From NCBI GenBank assembly GCA_963663865.1, contig OY760686.1:1120001-1184000 (forward strand): DNA of 64,000 nucleotides. Direction: 5' to 3'. The notes under the pieces are model-generated. The model saw nothing but the letters and a program-made list of their open reading frames with translations. It made no database searches and was not told where the DNA came from. The translations under genes were made by a program, and so were the position numbers. Position 1 is the first letter of the stretch; the number at the start of each line of letters is the position of its first letter. The stretch comes from Spirochaetota bacterium. Its GTDB lineage: Bacteria > Spirochaetota > UBA4802 > UBA5550. This document shows positions 1 to 11,047 of this stretch, piece by piece.

Positions 1-198
1 TATTACAACCGCGCCTTTCGCGGTTATTTCTCCGTAGGCGTCTCTGAAAGAGCAAGCCTCCTTTGTGCATCCGGGTGTGTTGTCTTTCGGATAGAAGTAC
101 AGCACTACTTTTTTGCCCCTGAAGGAGGAGAGGGATACATTCTCTCCAGTCTCATCAGGAAGAGTGAAATCGGGCGCTTTTGTTCCTTCGTTAATCAT
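1..198 (-). CDS. bcp: Peroxiredoxin Bcp/PrxQ (5' part; runs off the window)
   Basis: Manual translation from ATG at 198: MINEGTKAPDFTLPDETGENVSLSSFRGKKVVLYFYPKDNTPGCTKEACSF, the BCP signature. GGAGG RBS upstream. Confidence 0.93.
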   Translation of the reverse strand, partial: MINEGTKAPDFTLPDETGENVSLSSFRGKKVVLYFYPKDNTPGCTKEACSFRDAYGEITAKGAVVI

Positions 199-264
199 GG
201 TTCCTCCCCGGCATAGATGCTCAATGCCTGTTGTTTTATATGGGAGCGATGTGTGACGTTTATG

Positions 265-1050
265 TTACGAACCGCCGGGATTTTTGGAGGATTTCCGGCG
301 TTGCGTGACTGCGAGGGTTATTATCCCCCCGCAAAAAAAGGCTATTGAGAAGAGCTGGCCGTCTGAGAGACCATGAAAGAAAATGCGGTAGTCGTTACGG
401 AAGAACTCAACTGTAAAGCGACCGGCCGAGTAGAAGATAGCGGAAAAGGCGAATAGCCGACCTGGAGCAAAAAGCTTTTTTTTGTAGAGTCCCGCGAAAA
501 GCATGCCGCCGACTATGAGATAGGCAGCGCTGATGAGCTGTGTCGGTATGACGGGCTGAAATGTAGCGGTTGCCGGCGCAATCGGGTCGGTGAATGTCAC
601 CCCGATGGGGCAGTCTGTGTGTACGCCGAAGCAGCAGCCTCCGAAAAAACAGCCGATGCGCCCTATCCCTATGCCGAGTAGGTACGACGGCGAAAGGAGG
701 TCCGCGAGAGGGGCGAGCTTGAGCTTCCAGCTTTTAACAAGAACAAGCGCGGCAGCGGTTCCCCCGAGAATTCCGCCCCAGCTTACGAGGGCGGGGTCAG
801 CTTTATCTATGCCGGTTTCGAGAATCTGCGGCAGGTTCATGAGGATTCCAGTGATATAGGCCCCTCCGAGGCCGCAGGCCCCTATAATCAGCAGGGAGTT
901 GGATACTATGTAGCGCTTGAACTCGGAGTGCCTTGAAAGGCGCAGAGCCAGAGAATAGGCGATAATAGATGCCGCCGCCACGAGTACGCCGTATGTGGCC
1001 ACCGTGAAATCTCTGCCGAATATTGATAAGTGAAAGAGTACGGGATGCAT
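265..1050 (-). CDS. lgt: Prolipoprotein diacylglyceryl transferase family protein
   Basis: MHPVLF start, TYG, GRIGCFFGGCCFG, PTQL and RFTVEFFR motifs; multi-TM. Confidence 0.85.
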   Translation of the reverse strand: MHPVLFHLSIFGRDFTVATYGVLVAAASIIAYSLALRLSRHSEFKRYIVSNSLLIIGACGLGGAYITGILMNLPQILETGIDKADPALVSWGGILGGTAAALVLVKSWKLKLAPLADLLSPSYLLGIGIGRIGCFFGGCCFGVHTDCPIGVTFTDPIAPATATFQPVIPTQLISAAYLIVGGMLFAGLYKKKLFAPGRLFAFSAIFYSAGRFTVEFFRNDYRIFFHGLSDGQLFSIAFFCGGIITLAVTQRRKSSKNPGGS

Positions 1051-1084
1051 AATTACCTGCCGTTATCGTGCTTTAGTGTTCGGG

Positions 1085-1342
1085 CTATTTCAACATGAAC
1101 AGGGCGCCGAAACATGCCCCGCAGACGGTAAAAAAAAGCGCCCCGAGAGAAACCGCGACTATCGACATGACAAGCCCTGCTGTCGCGGTTCCTGAAGGGA
1201 GGCCGGTTTCGAGGGCTGACTTTCTGCCCATAGCCCCGAGTATTATACCTACTATTCCCAGCACAATGCCGAGGGGAGAGAAGTAGAACGATAGAGTAAA
1301 AAAAAGAGCCAGTATTCCGAGAACTAAAGAGCCGATATCCAT
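1085..1342 (-). CDS. Small 3-TM membrane protein (DUF4190-like)
   Basis: Likely start MDIGSLVLGI at 1342. SLVLGI...GIILG...ATAGLVMSI pattern; paralog of the next gene. Confidence 0.7.
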   Translation of the reverse strand: MDIGSLVLGILALFFTLSFYFSPLGIVLGIVGIILGAMGRKSALETGLPSGTATAGLVMSIVAVSLGALFFTVCGACFGALFMLK

Positions 1343-1482
1343 AGATTCCCCCGGGCTTATGGTGTCTATTGAGTTATTATTTTCGGTGTATTGGGGTCTG
1401 TCAAGCTGAATAAGAAAACGGAGAGAAGGTAAGGCTTCAGGTGTCTGAAGGTTGTCCTCCACACACCTGAAAAAGGGACGCA

Positions 1483-1830
1483 CTACTTCTTGTTAAGCTC
1501 TTTAAGGGCTTTGTCGAGGTCTTTTGTTGCATCCTGCATCTGCTTCTGGAAATTGGGGTCTTTGAGGCCCTGCTCAATTCCTTTGGTTACAGCTGAAGCG
1601 CAAGCGAAGCATGTAAGCCATACGATAGCACCGATAACGAGACCGATGATTGACATTACCAGACCGGCTGTTGCTGCCCCTGTAGGCTCCTTTGTTTCCG
1701 CCGCGTTTTTACGAGCGAGAGCTCCGAGAACGATACCAACGATACCGGCTATCGGCGCTATGAACGCGAAAGGCCCGAAAAAGCAGAATACCAGAGATAC
1801 GATTCCGAGTACGAGTGCCGCTATTCCCAT
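1483..1830 (-). CDS. Small 3-TM membrane protein (DUF4190-like) with C-terminal helix
   Basis: MGIAALVLGIVS...GIVLG...ATAGLVMSIIG; GGAGG RBS. Confidence 0.75.
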   Translation of the reverse strand: MGIAALVLGIVSLVFCFFGPFAFIAPIAGIVGIVLGALARKNAAETKEPTGAATAGLVMSIIGLVIGAIVWLTCFACASAVTKGIEQGLKDPNFQKQMQDATKDLDKALKELNKK

Positions 1831-2266
1831 GATAATCCTCCACTTGGGTTATTTTTTTTAATATTGTTTATTATTAAGGTGCAATTTGTCAAGCCAGGTT
1901 TTTGCTAATTTGCTATATCAAGGGTCTGTATAGGAAAAAATTTATATTTTTTTAATATTATGCTTCAATGAACCAGTTGATTTATGCGGTCAACGCAGGT
2001 GTAACTTTCTAAAATGTTGAATCATTTCAGAAATGAAAATAATACATATATGTATTATTGAATGAGCTGAGGTTCAAATATGTTACATTGTTCTGCCTTG
2101 CGGCCGGCAGTGATGCAGAACAATGGTCTATTTAGCCGCTGAGTTAATACACGTACTACCATATTACCTGAACAATATCATACCCCGAACAAAAAATCCA
2201 GTATTAAATGCTTAAAGTTAAACTTTTTTCGATAAAATCAATGCTTGATCTATTCCGTGAAAGTTA

Positions 2267-2282
2267 TGGCACGACTTGTGCT
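2267..2282 (+). promoter_or_regulatory. Sigma54 (-24/-12) promoter of the nif operon
   Basis: TGGCACGACTTGTGCT: GG at 2268-2269, exactly 10 nt, then GC at 2280-2281. Lies about 40 nt upstream of the nifH ATG. Confidence 0.85.
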
Positions 2283-2284
2283 GA

Positions 2285-3148
<864 letters not shown>

Positions 3149-3172
3149 CGAAAACAAAGTGGAGGAATTCTT

Positions 3173-3529
3173 ATGATAATGGTGAGAGCAATAATAAGGC
3201 CGGAAAAGGTGGACTCAGTTTTATCATCTCTTATGGACGCCGGGTTTCCCGCGGTTACAAGGATATCTGTTGTAGGAAGGGGGAAGCAAAGAGGCATAAA
3301 AATTGGCGAAGTGACGTATGACGAAATTCCAAAGGACATGATTCTTATGGTTATAAACAATAAGGACAAGGATTATGTTATTAAGACAATTATTTCATCT
3401 GCGCGCACAAGCGACAAGGGCTCTTTTGGAGATGGTAAAATTTTTGTCTCACCTGTAGATGAAGTTTACACAGTCAGCTCCGGAATAAAAGAGATTCCGG
3501 GCGGTGAGATGGAAGAGGTGCCCGTATGA
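3173..3529 (+). CDS. nifI1: PII-family nitrogenase regulator NifI1
   Basis: AIIRPEK, GRGKQRG and GDGKIF; located between nifH and nifD. Confidence 0.93.
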   Translation: MIMVRAIIRPEKVDSVLSSLMDAGFPAVTRISVVGRGKQRGIKIGEVTYDEIPKDMILMVINNKDKDYVIKTIISSARTSDKGSFGDGKIFVSPVDEVYTVSSGIKEIPGGEMEEVPV

Positions 3530-3903
3530 AAGAGGTGATGGCCGTTATCAGGATGAATATGATCAACCAGACTAAACGGGCTCTCACTGCGGCGGGTGTA
3601 TCATCCTTCACAGTGAAGGAAGCCCTTGGGAGAGGCAAGGGCATGGTCGATTTTTCAATTCTCAAGGGAGCGGAGCAGGGATATGAGGAAGCCATTTCAC
3701 AGCTCGGTCAGTCCCAACGGCTTATCCCCAAGCGGGTAATACTATTTGTTGTTCCAGACTCCCATGTCGAGACGGTGGTTAACACAATTATAGACGTTAA
3801 TAGAACGGGAAAATCCGGAGACGGTAAAATATTCGTAATGCCTGTTCTGGATGCTGTCAGGGTCAGGACCGGTGAGTCCGGTCTTGAAGCGCTTGATGAA
3901 TAG
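3526..3903 (+). CDS. nifI2: PII-family nitrogenase regulator NifI2
   Basis: MKEVMAVIRMNMINQTK, GRGKG, long T-loop and GDGKIFVMP. Confidence 0.93.
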   Translation: MKEVMAVIRMNMINQTKRALTAAGVSSFTVKEALGRGKGMVDFSILKGAEQGYEEAISQLGQSQRLIPKRVILFVVPDSHVETVVNTIIDVNRTGKSGDGKIFVMPVLDAVRVRTGESGLEALDE

Positions 3904-3921
3904 TATTCTCAGGAGGAAAAA

Positions 3922-5559
3922 ATGGAAAATCTAAAACGTAAGGATATGAGTCCGGTTGAAGTGAAAGCCGAACTTTTAAAAGTATATCCCCCTAAAGTCG
4001 CAAGAAAACGAGATAAGCAGATAATTATTAACAGAAAAGACGAAGAAGGAAACTCGCCTGAGATTCAGGCTAATGTCAGAACCATACCGGGAATTATTAC
4101 TCAGCGCGGATGCAGCTATGCTGGATGCAAGGGCGTTGTTCTTGGTCCAACACGCGACATAGTAAACCTGACCCATGGGCCGATAGGATGCGGCTTTTAC
4201 AGCTGGCTAACCAGACGCAACCAGACTAAACCGGAAACGGCCGATTCTCCAAATTATATGACATACTGTTTTTCCACAGATATGCGTGAGGAAGAGATAA
4301 TATTCGGAGGGGAAAAAAAGCTTAAGGCCGCAATACGCGAGATCTACAACATGATCAAACCTAAAGCGATTGGTATTTTCTCGACTTGCCCGGTCGGTCT
4401 TATTGGAGATGATGTTCATGCCGTGGCCAGGGAGATGAAAGAAGAGCTCGGTATTAATATTTTCGGTTTCAGCTGTGAGGGATACAAGGGGGTCAGTCAG
4501 TCCGCCGGTCATCATATTGCCAATAACGAGTTGTTCAGGAATATTGTCGGTCTGGATGATACTGTTAAGGACGGGGATTATAAAATCAATCTGCTTGGAG
4601 AGTATAATATTGGTGGAGACGCTTTTGAGATTGAAAGGACTTTGAACGATTGCGGTATAACTCTTACTGCTTCGTTCAGTGGAAATTCAACGTATGAGCA
4701 ATTTGCCAATGCTCACACTGCAGATCTTAATACAATAATGTGTCACCGTTCTATAAACTATCTGGCTGAGATGATGGAAAAGAAGTTCGGTATCCCCTGG
4801 ATTAAAATTAACTTTATAGGCGCTGAGGCAACAGCAAAATCGCTTCGGAAAATAGCCGAGTATTTTGACGATGATGCATTGAAGGCAAAGGTCGAAGAGG
4901 TAATCAAACTGGAGATGGCCGAGGTGATAAAGGCCAGAGATGAAGCCAGAAAGATAACAGAAGGTAAAACGGCCATGCTTTTTGTCGGAGGTTCCAGGGC
5001 CCATCATTATCAGGAGCTTTTTGCGGAGCTGGGTATGAAAACGTTAACCGCTGGATACGAGTTCGGACATAGAGACGACTATGAAGGAAGAAGAGTTATC
5101 CCGGGTATCAAGGTTGACGCGGACAGCAGGAACATTGAGGAGATTTCAGTGGCACCCGATGAGAAGAGATTCAGGCCAAGGAAATCACCGGAAGAGATGG
5201 ATAAATTAAAAAACTCCGGAGTAACCTTTGAGGAGTACAGAGGAATGATGGCTGACATGGAGGATGGTACTCTTTCTATTGATGATATCAGCCAGTTTGA
5301 AACAGAGAAGCTCCTTGAGATATATAAGCCGGATATTTTCTGCGCCGGTATAAAGGAAAAGTATGCCGTTCAGAAATCGGGGATACCGCTTAAACAGCTG
5401 CACAGCTATGATTATGGCGGACCATATGCTGGATTCAGGGGTGCGATAAACTTTTATAATGACATGAAGAGAATTCTTTCAACGAAAATCTGGACCTATT
5501 CAAAGGCCCCGTGGCAGAAGAATCCGGAACTGAGCGCCAAATTCGCGTGGAAGGAATAA
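3922..5559 (+). CDS. nifD: Nitrogenase MoFe protein alpha chain (group II type, with internal insertion)
   Basis: RGCSYAGCKGVV, HGPIGC, TCPVG; cofactor ligands MCHRSINY and LHSYDY; GGSRAHHY. Confidence 0.98.
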   Translation: MENLKRKDMSPVEVKAELLKVYPPKVARKRDKQIIINRKDEEGNSPEIQANVRTIPGIITQRGCSYAGCKGVVLGPTRDIVNLTHGPIGCGFYSWLTRRNQTKPETADSPNYMTYCFSTDMREEEIIFGGEKKLKAAIREIYNMIKPKAIGIFSTCPVGLIGDDVHAVAREMKEELGINIFGFSCEGYKGVSQSAGHHIANNELFRNIVGLDDTVKDGDYKINLLGEYNIGGDAFEIERTLNDCGITLTASFSGNSTYEQFANAHTADLNTIMCHRSINYLAEMMEKKFGIPWIKINFIGAEATAKSLRKIAEYFDDDALKAKVEEVIKLEMAEVIKARDEARKITEGKTAMLFVGGSRAHHYQELFAELGMKTLTAGYEFGHRDDYEGRRVIPGIKVDADSRNIEEISVAPDEKRFRPRKSPEEMDKLKNSGVTFEEYRGMMADMEDGTLSIDDISQFETEKLLEIYKPDIFCAGIKEKYAVQKSGIPLKQLHSYDYGGPYAGFRGAINFYNDMKRILSTKIWTYSKAPWQKNPELSAKFAWKE

Positions 5560-5572
5560 GAGGAGGATTGCT

Positions 5573-6949
5573 ATGCTTTTAAGACATACACCGATAGAAG
5601 TTAAAGAAAGAAGTGCCGTTACGATTAATCCGGCAAAGACATGTCAGCCTGTTGGAGCGATGTATGCAGCGCTTGGGATACATGGATGTCTCCCTCATTC
5701 ACACGGTTCTCAGGGATGCTGTGCTTATCACAGGAGTGCCCTGACTCGCCATTTCAAGGAGCCGGTAATGGCGGCTACAAGTTCATTTACAGAGGGCGCG
5801 TCCGTATTTGGAGGACAGGCGAACCTGCTAAGCGCGATAGAGAACATTTTCACTATCTATGACCCCGAAGTCATAGCTGTACATACAACCTGTCTGTCAG
5901 AGACAATTGGCGATGATGTTCCGCAGATATCGGCAAAAGCCAGAGAAGAGGGGAAAATACCGCCCGGGAAAACCGTTATAAGCGCCAGCACTCCAAGCTA
6001 CGTCGGATCTCATGTAACGGGATATTCAAACATGGTTAAGTCCATTGTGGATCAGGTTTCCGAATCAAGCGGAGTAAAAAGAGATGTTGTTAACCTCATT
6101 CCGGGTTTTGTTGAACCTTCAGACATGGCTGAAATGAAGAGACTGGCCTCAGAGATGGGAATTAAAACGCTTATGTTTCCGGATACCTCCGGTGTTTTAA
6201 ACGGGCCTATGACGGGAAGGTTTAAGATGTATCCTGCAGGAGGGGCAAGGTTGGATGAAATAAGAAGAGCCGGAGACAGCGTGAAAACGCTGGCGCTGGG
6301 CAGTCTTGCTGCCGGACAGGCGGCAAGGTCGCTTGATACGAAGTGCAAGGTTGACTGCGAGATACTTGATCTTCCAATCGGATTTCTTGCAACAGACCGC
6401 TATGTTGAAGCTCTCAGGAAATCCGGTGACTACAATGTTCCAGATTCTATAACTTTCGAAAGAGGACAGCTAATAGATGTTATCTCTGATATGAGCCAGT
6501 ATCTATACGGAAAGCGTGTAGCCCTGGCCGGAGACCCTGACCAGCTTGTTGCTCTGACAGAGTTCCTCGTGTCTATGGATATGCATCCGGTGCACATAGT
6601 TACAGGTACTCCCGGAAAGAAGTTTGAGGAGAAAATCCGGGAGCTGACTTCTGGTATTCCGGTTGAGGTTAATGTAAAAGCTGAGGGCGATTTGTTTCTG
6701 CTGCATCAGTGGATAAGGAATTCTCCTGTTGATCTTCTTATAGGAAATACCTATATGAAGTACATTGCCAGAGATGAGGATATTCCGCTTATAAGGCACG
6801 GCTTCCCTATACTGGATCGTGTCGGTCACTCATATTTTCCAAGCGTTGGATACAGAGGGGGGCTAAGGCTTGTAGAAAAAATTCTCGAAGCTGTTATGGA
6901 TCGACAGGATAGAAATTCGCCTGAAGAGGCATTTGAACTTGTGATGTAA
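5573..6949 (+). CDS. nifK: Nitrogenase MoFe protein beta chain
   Basis: INPAKTCQPVGA, HGSQGCC, TTCLSETIGDD and GFPILDR. Confidence 0.98.
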   Translation: MLLRHTPIEVKERSAVTINPAKTCQPVGAMYAALGIHGCLPHSHGSQGCCAYHRSALTRHFKEPVMAATSSFTEGASVFGGQANLLSAIENIFTIYDPEVIAVHTTCLSETIGDDVPQISAKAREEGKIPPGKTVISASTPSYVGSHVTGYSNMVKSIVDQVSESSGVKRDVVNLIPGFVEPSDMAEMKRLASEMGIKTLMFPDTSGVLNGPMTGRFKMYPAGGARLDEIRRAGDSVKTLALGSLAAGQAARSLDTKCKVDCEILDLPIGFLATDRYVEALRKSGDYNVPDSITFERGQLIDVISDMSQYLYGKRVALAGDPDQLVALTEFLVSMDMHPVHIVTGTPGKKFEEKIRELTSGIPVEVNVKAEGDLFLLHQWIRNSPVDLLIGNTYMKYIARDEDIPLIRHGFPILDRVGHSYFPSVGYRGGLRLVEKILEAVMDRQDRNSPEEAFELVM

Positions 6950-7021
6950 TATAATCCGGGGAGGGGGAGGTGTTAAAATGCCGCCTCCTGCGGAAAGCCT
7001 AATTCTTATAACGGAGGCATT

Positions 7022-8377
7022 ATGATTAACTTGCTGGAAGCCAGACAAAAGCACATTTATACTAAAGGGAATGCACCTTTTGAAATAGAATGTGATAAGC
7101 ACAGTCTTGCCGGATCTGTAAGTCAGCGTGCCTGCGTTTTTTGCGGGTCGAGGGTGGTGTTATACCCTATTGCTGATGCTGTGCATCTTATTCACGGACC
7201 CATCGGTTGTGCGGCATATACCTGGGATATCAGGGGTTCTCTAAGTTCAGGTCCTGAACTTCACAGGTTAAGCTTCTCAACTGATTTGTCTGAGAAAGAT
7301 GTAATTTTCGGCGGTGAAAAAAAACTGGAAGCGTCTCTTGATGAGCTTATCTCAATGTACAGTCCGAGAGCCGCTTTTGTTTATTCAACCTGTATCATTG
7401 GAATAATCGGAGACGATGTAGACTCAGTATGCAGGAAAATGTCTTCTAAGTACGGTATACCTGTTTTATCAGTTCATTCTGAAGGATTCAAGGGGACCAA
7501 AAAGGATGGCTATAAGGCAGCCTGCGATGCTCTTTTTAAGCTAATAGGCACTTCTTCAAAAAAGGATAAAATTCCATTATCGATTAATATTATGGGAGAG
7601 TTTAACCTCGCCGGTGAAGCCTGGATGATAAGGGATTATTACAAAAAAATTGGGATAAAGGTCATATCAACAATGACTGGAGATGGAAGGATAGATGATA
7701 TCAGGCAGGCTCACAGGGCATGTTTGAACGTTGTCCAGTGTTCAGGGTCAATGACAAGTCTGGCTGTGATGATGAAGGAGCAGTACAATATTCCATTCAT
7801 CAGAGTATCATACTTCGGTTTTGAGGATATGTCTCAGTCACTGTATGACACCGTGAAGCACTTCGGAGACAAAGAGCTTCTCAGCAACGCGGCCGAACTC
7901 ATTAAATCAGAAGTAAAGGATATTATTCCACAATTAGAGAAGTATAAAAAAAGTTTGAGCGGGAAAAAAGCTGCTATCTATGTCGGCGGCGCATTTAAGG
8001 CCTTTTCCCTCGTTAAATCTTTAAGATACCTGGGCATAAAGGTTGTTCTTGCCGGTTCTCAGACGGGAAACAGAGACGATTATGAATTTCTGAAAGAGTT
8101 GTGTGATGAAGGAACAGTTATAGTTGATGATTCGAATCCACTGGAACTGTCAAAGTTTATTATAGAAAAAGGGGCCGATCTTTTTATCGGTGGAGTCAAA
8201 GAAAGGCCTATGGCTTATAAGCTGGGGGTTGCTTTTTGCGATCACAATCATGAACGGAAGATACCCCTCGCTGGATTTCAGGGAATGCTCAACTTCGCGC
8301 AGGAGGTCTATTCCTCCGTTATGAGTCCGGTGTGGAGATTTGCATCTCCGAAGAAAAACTACCCCGGGGGTAAGTAG
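7022..8377 (+). CDS. nifE: FeMo-cofactor scaffold NifE
   Basis: SQRACVFCG, HGPIGCAAY, TCIIG, VQCSGS and DHNHER. Confidence 0.96.
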   Translation: MINLLEARQKHIYTKGNAPFEIECDKHSLAGSVSQRACVFCGSRVVLYPIADAVHLIHGPIGCAAYTWDIRGSLSSGPELHRLSFSTDLSEKDVIFGGEKKLEASLDELISMYSPRAAFVYSTCIIGIIGDDVDSVCRKMSSKYGIPVLSVHSEGFKGTKKDGYKAACDALFKLIGTSSKKDKIPLSINIMGEFNLAGEAWMIRDYYKKIGIKVISTMTGDGRIDDIRQAHRACLNVVQCSGSMTSLAVMMKEQYNIPFIRVSYFGFEDMSQSLYDTVKHFGDKELLSNAAELIKSEVKDIIPQLEKYKKSLSGKKAAIYVGGAFKAFSLVKSLRYLGIKVVLAGSQTGNRDDYEFLKELCDEGTVIVDDSNPLELSKFIIEKGADLFIGGVKERPMAYKLGVAFCDHNHERKIPLAGFQGMLNFAQEVYSSVMSPVWRFASPKKNYPGGK

Positions 8378-8378
8378 C

Positions 8379-9740
8379 ATGAAAAGCAAAGATCATTCAC
8401 CAAAAACAGTTACGCAAAATTCATGTAAGCTTTGCAATCCTCTTGGTGCGTGCCTCGTGTTCAGAGGGGTAAGGCAGTCTGTCCCGCTTTTGCACGGATC
8501 ACAGGGATGTGCAACATATATCCGCAGGTATATGATAAGTCACTTCAAGGAGCCAATTGATATTGCTTCTTCAAATTTCAGTGAGAATACCGCAATTTTC
8601 GGCGGCAAAGGGAATCTGGGAACAAGTCTTGATAATGTTATATCACAGTACAAACCTGAAATTGTTGGTATTGCTTCAACCTGTCTTTCTGAAACAATTG
8701 GTGAGGACGTGACGATGATATTAAAAGAATACAAAGCAGAGCGAAACAGGGAAGGATGGGTGCTTCCTGAGATTGTTTATGTGTCTGCGCCGAGCTATCA
8801 GGGATCTCACTATGATGGATTTCAGGCTGCCATAACATCACTGATAAATCATTTATCAGAGTGCAGGGAGCCCGGGAAGCATATCACGCTTATACCAGGT
8901 ATGGGATCACCGGCAGATTTAAGATATCTTAAAGAAATAATGCACGATTGGGGAATAGACTGCATAATGATGCCCGACTATTCAGACACTCTTGACGGGA
9001 CTATCTGGCATGATTATGAAATGATTCCGGCAGGCGGGGTCAGCGTAGAAGATATTAAAAGAACCGGAGATTCCGAGGCATCAATTGAATTTTGCAGCTT
9101 TTATGACGGCCCAACTGGAGGCAGTCAGTTGCGAGAGAAATGCGGAGTAAACTGTTACCGCTCCGGATATCCGATAGGGCTTACCAAGACAGATGAATTC
9201 TTTTCAATGCTTGCTGAGATTTCCGACAAAGAAGTACCTGAAAAATATAAAAAGGAAAGAGGCAGACTCGTTGATTCTTATGTCGATTCGCATAAGCATA
9301 TGTTCGGAGTAAGGGTGCTCATTTATGGTGAAGAGGATATGGCGGCATCATTGTGCTCTTTCGTGTGTGAGACCGGAATGATACCAGTTGTAGTCGGAAC
9401 TGGCGGTGACTGTTCCGTCTTTAAACAAACGATCTCCGAGATAACTTCTGAATATGGATGTGAACCGATTGTTGCAGTTAATGCTGATTTCAAGGAATTA
9501 GAGGATTTAGCTGAAGAACACAGGCCTGATGTAATTATTGGAAGCAGCAAGGGATATGCCATGTCCAGACGAATGGGTATCCCATTAATTCGGGTCGGGT
9601 TTCCAATTCATGACAGAGTTGATGGTCCGCGTACCATGCATTTCGGATACCGTGGAACACAGCAGCTATTTGATAGAATTGCAAACGCAGTGATACAAAC
9701 AAAGCAGGATAAGCATGCTGCCGGATACACATATATGTGA
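8379..9740 (+). CDS. nifN: FeMo-cofactor scaffold NifN
   Basis: CKLCNPLGA, HGSQGCATY, TCLSETIG and GFPIHDR. Probable ATG at 8379, just after the nifE stop. Confidence 0.95.
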   Translation: MKSKDHSPKTVTQNSCKLCNPLGACLVFRGVRQSVPLLHGSQGCATYIRRYMISHFKEPIDIASSNFSENTAIFGGKGNLGTSLDNVISQYKPEIVGIASTCLSETIGEDVTMILKEYKAERNREGWVLPEIVYVSAPSYQGSHYDGFQAAITSLINHLSECREPGKHITLIPGMGSPADLRYLKEIMHDWGIDCIMMPDYSDTLDGTIWHDYEMIPAGGVSVEDIKRTGDSEASIEFCSFYDGPTGGSQLREKCGVNCYRSGYPIGLTKTDEFFSMLAEISDKEVPEKYKKERGRLVDSYVDSHKHMFGVRVLIYGEEDMAASLCSFVCETGMIPVVVGTGGDCSVFKQTISEITSEYGCEPIVAVNADFKELEDLAEEHRPDVIIGSSKGYAMSRRMGIPLIRVGFPIHDRVDGPRTMHFGYRGTQQLFDRIANAVIQTKQDKHAAGYTYM

Positions 9741-9750
9741 GGTGAATAAT

Positions 9751-11013
9751 ATGGCAATAAATTATGATAATCATCCCTGTTTTAACGATAAAGTCAGGCA
9801 TACCTTTGGAAGAGTGCATCTACCTGTTGCGCCGGCTTGCAATGTACAATGCAATTTCTGTGACAGGAGGTTTGACTGTGTTAATGAGAGCAGACCTGGA
9901 GTTTCAAGCTCAATCCTCGAGCCAAACGAAGCTCTTGAGTATCTTGATCGGATTGTCTATGCAAAAGGGAACATCTCTGTAGTGGGTATCGCCGGCCCGG
10001 GGGACCCTTTTGCGAATTCCGATAAAACGATTACAACAATTGACCTTGTAAGAAAAAAGTACCCTGATATAATACTTTGTGTGGCGACTAACGGTCTGAA
10101 CCTTGATAGCTATGTGGATGAATTGACGTTTTATAACATTAGTCATATTACTGTTACGGTTAATGCTGTAAACCCGTCCATATCAAAAAAAATCTATTCC
10201 TGGATTAGGCCTGGCAAAAAGACCATCCCTGTTGAAGCAGGGGCCTCTATGCTGCTTGAAAGTCAATTGAGATCAATAAGCAGAATGAAGGAAAGGGGGT
10301 TGACGGTTAAAGTCAATACAATAATTATTCCTGGAATTAATGATTTTCATGTTCCTGAGGTAGCGGAGAAAATGTCCCGACTAAAAGTGGATATTTTCAA
10401 TGCCATCCCGCTTTATAATAATCCAGAAAGCGTATTTAAGAATATTCCTGAGCCATCAAAAGAGCTTGTTACCGAGATCAGGGAGAAGTCGTCTGAATTT
10501 ATAAAACAGATGCATCATTGTACGCGCTGTCGAGCTGATGCAGTGGGCCTCCTGGGCGATACAGATACTGTAGATTCATTCTCCCTGATGAAAGAGTCAA
10601 GAATTCGCGATAGTAAACTTTCCGAACGTCCTTATGTTGCCGTTGCAAGTATTGAGGGATTTCTTGTCAGCGCTCACCTTGGTGAGGCAGAAGAGCTTAT
10701 GATTTACAAAAAAATGGGAGAAGATATTGAGCTCGTCGAAAGAAGGAAGACCCCCGCACGAGGGGATGGAGATCTGAGATGGGAGAGACTCGCTGGAATT
10801 CTAAGCGATTGTTCAACCATTATTGTAAACGGTATCGGCGAAAAGCCGAAATCAATTCTGTCGAATAATGGCATTAATGTAATTGTTGCTGAAGGTATGA
10901 TACATGATGCGGTCACAGGAATAATGAACGGAGCGGATATTGCTTTCATGCAAAAGAAAGTCAGAAAAGCATGCGGGGCTGAATGCAGCGGAAATGGAAC
11001 AGGATGTCTTTGA
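9751..11013 (+). CDS. nifB: Radical SAM NifB with C-terminal NifX-like domain
   Basis: HPCF, CNVQCNFC, ESRPG, AGPGDP and CTRCRADA; C-terminal HLGEAE domain. Confidence 0.97.
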   Translation: MAINYDNHPCFNDKVRHTFGRVHLPVAPACNVQCNFCDRRFDCVNESRPGVSSSILEPNEALEYLDRIVYAKGNISVVGIAGPGDPFANSDKTITTIDLVRKKYPDIILCVATNGLNLDSYVDELTFYNISHITVTVNAVNPSISKKIYSWIRPGKKTIPVEAGASMLLESQLRSISRMKERGLTVKVNTIIIPGINDFHVPEVAEKMSRLKVDIFNAIPLYNNPESVFKNIPEPSKELVTEIREKSSEFIKQMHHCTRCRADAVGLLGDTDTVDSFSLMKESRIRDSKLSERPYVAVASIEGFLVSAHLGEAEELMIYKKMGEDIELVERRKTPARGDGDLRWERLAGILSDCSTIIVNGIGEKPKSILSNNGINVIVAEGMIHDAVTGIMNGADIAFMQKKVRKACGAECSGNGTGCL

Positions 11014-11047
11014 TTATCATTTGAAGTTATAATATGAGGAGGAAGAA

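Noticed and set aside
3922-6949. Alternative (V or Fe-only) nitrogenase
   Set aside because: There is no vnfG/anfG between D and K, nifEN and modABC are present, and the ligand motifs are Mo-type.
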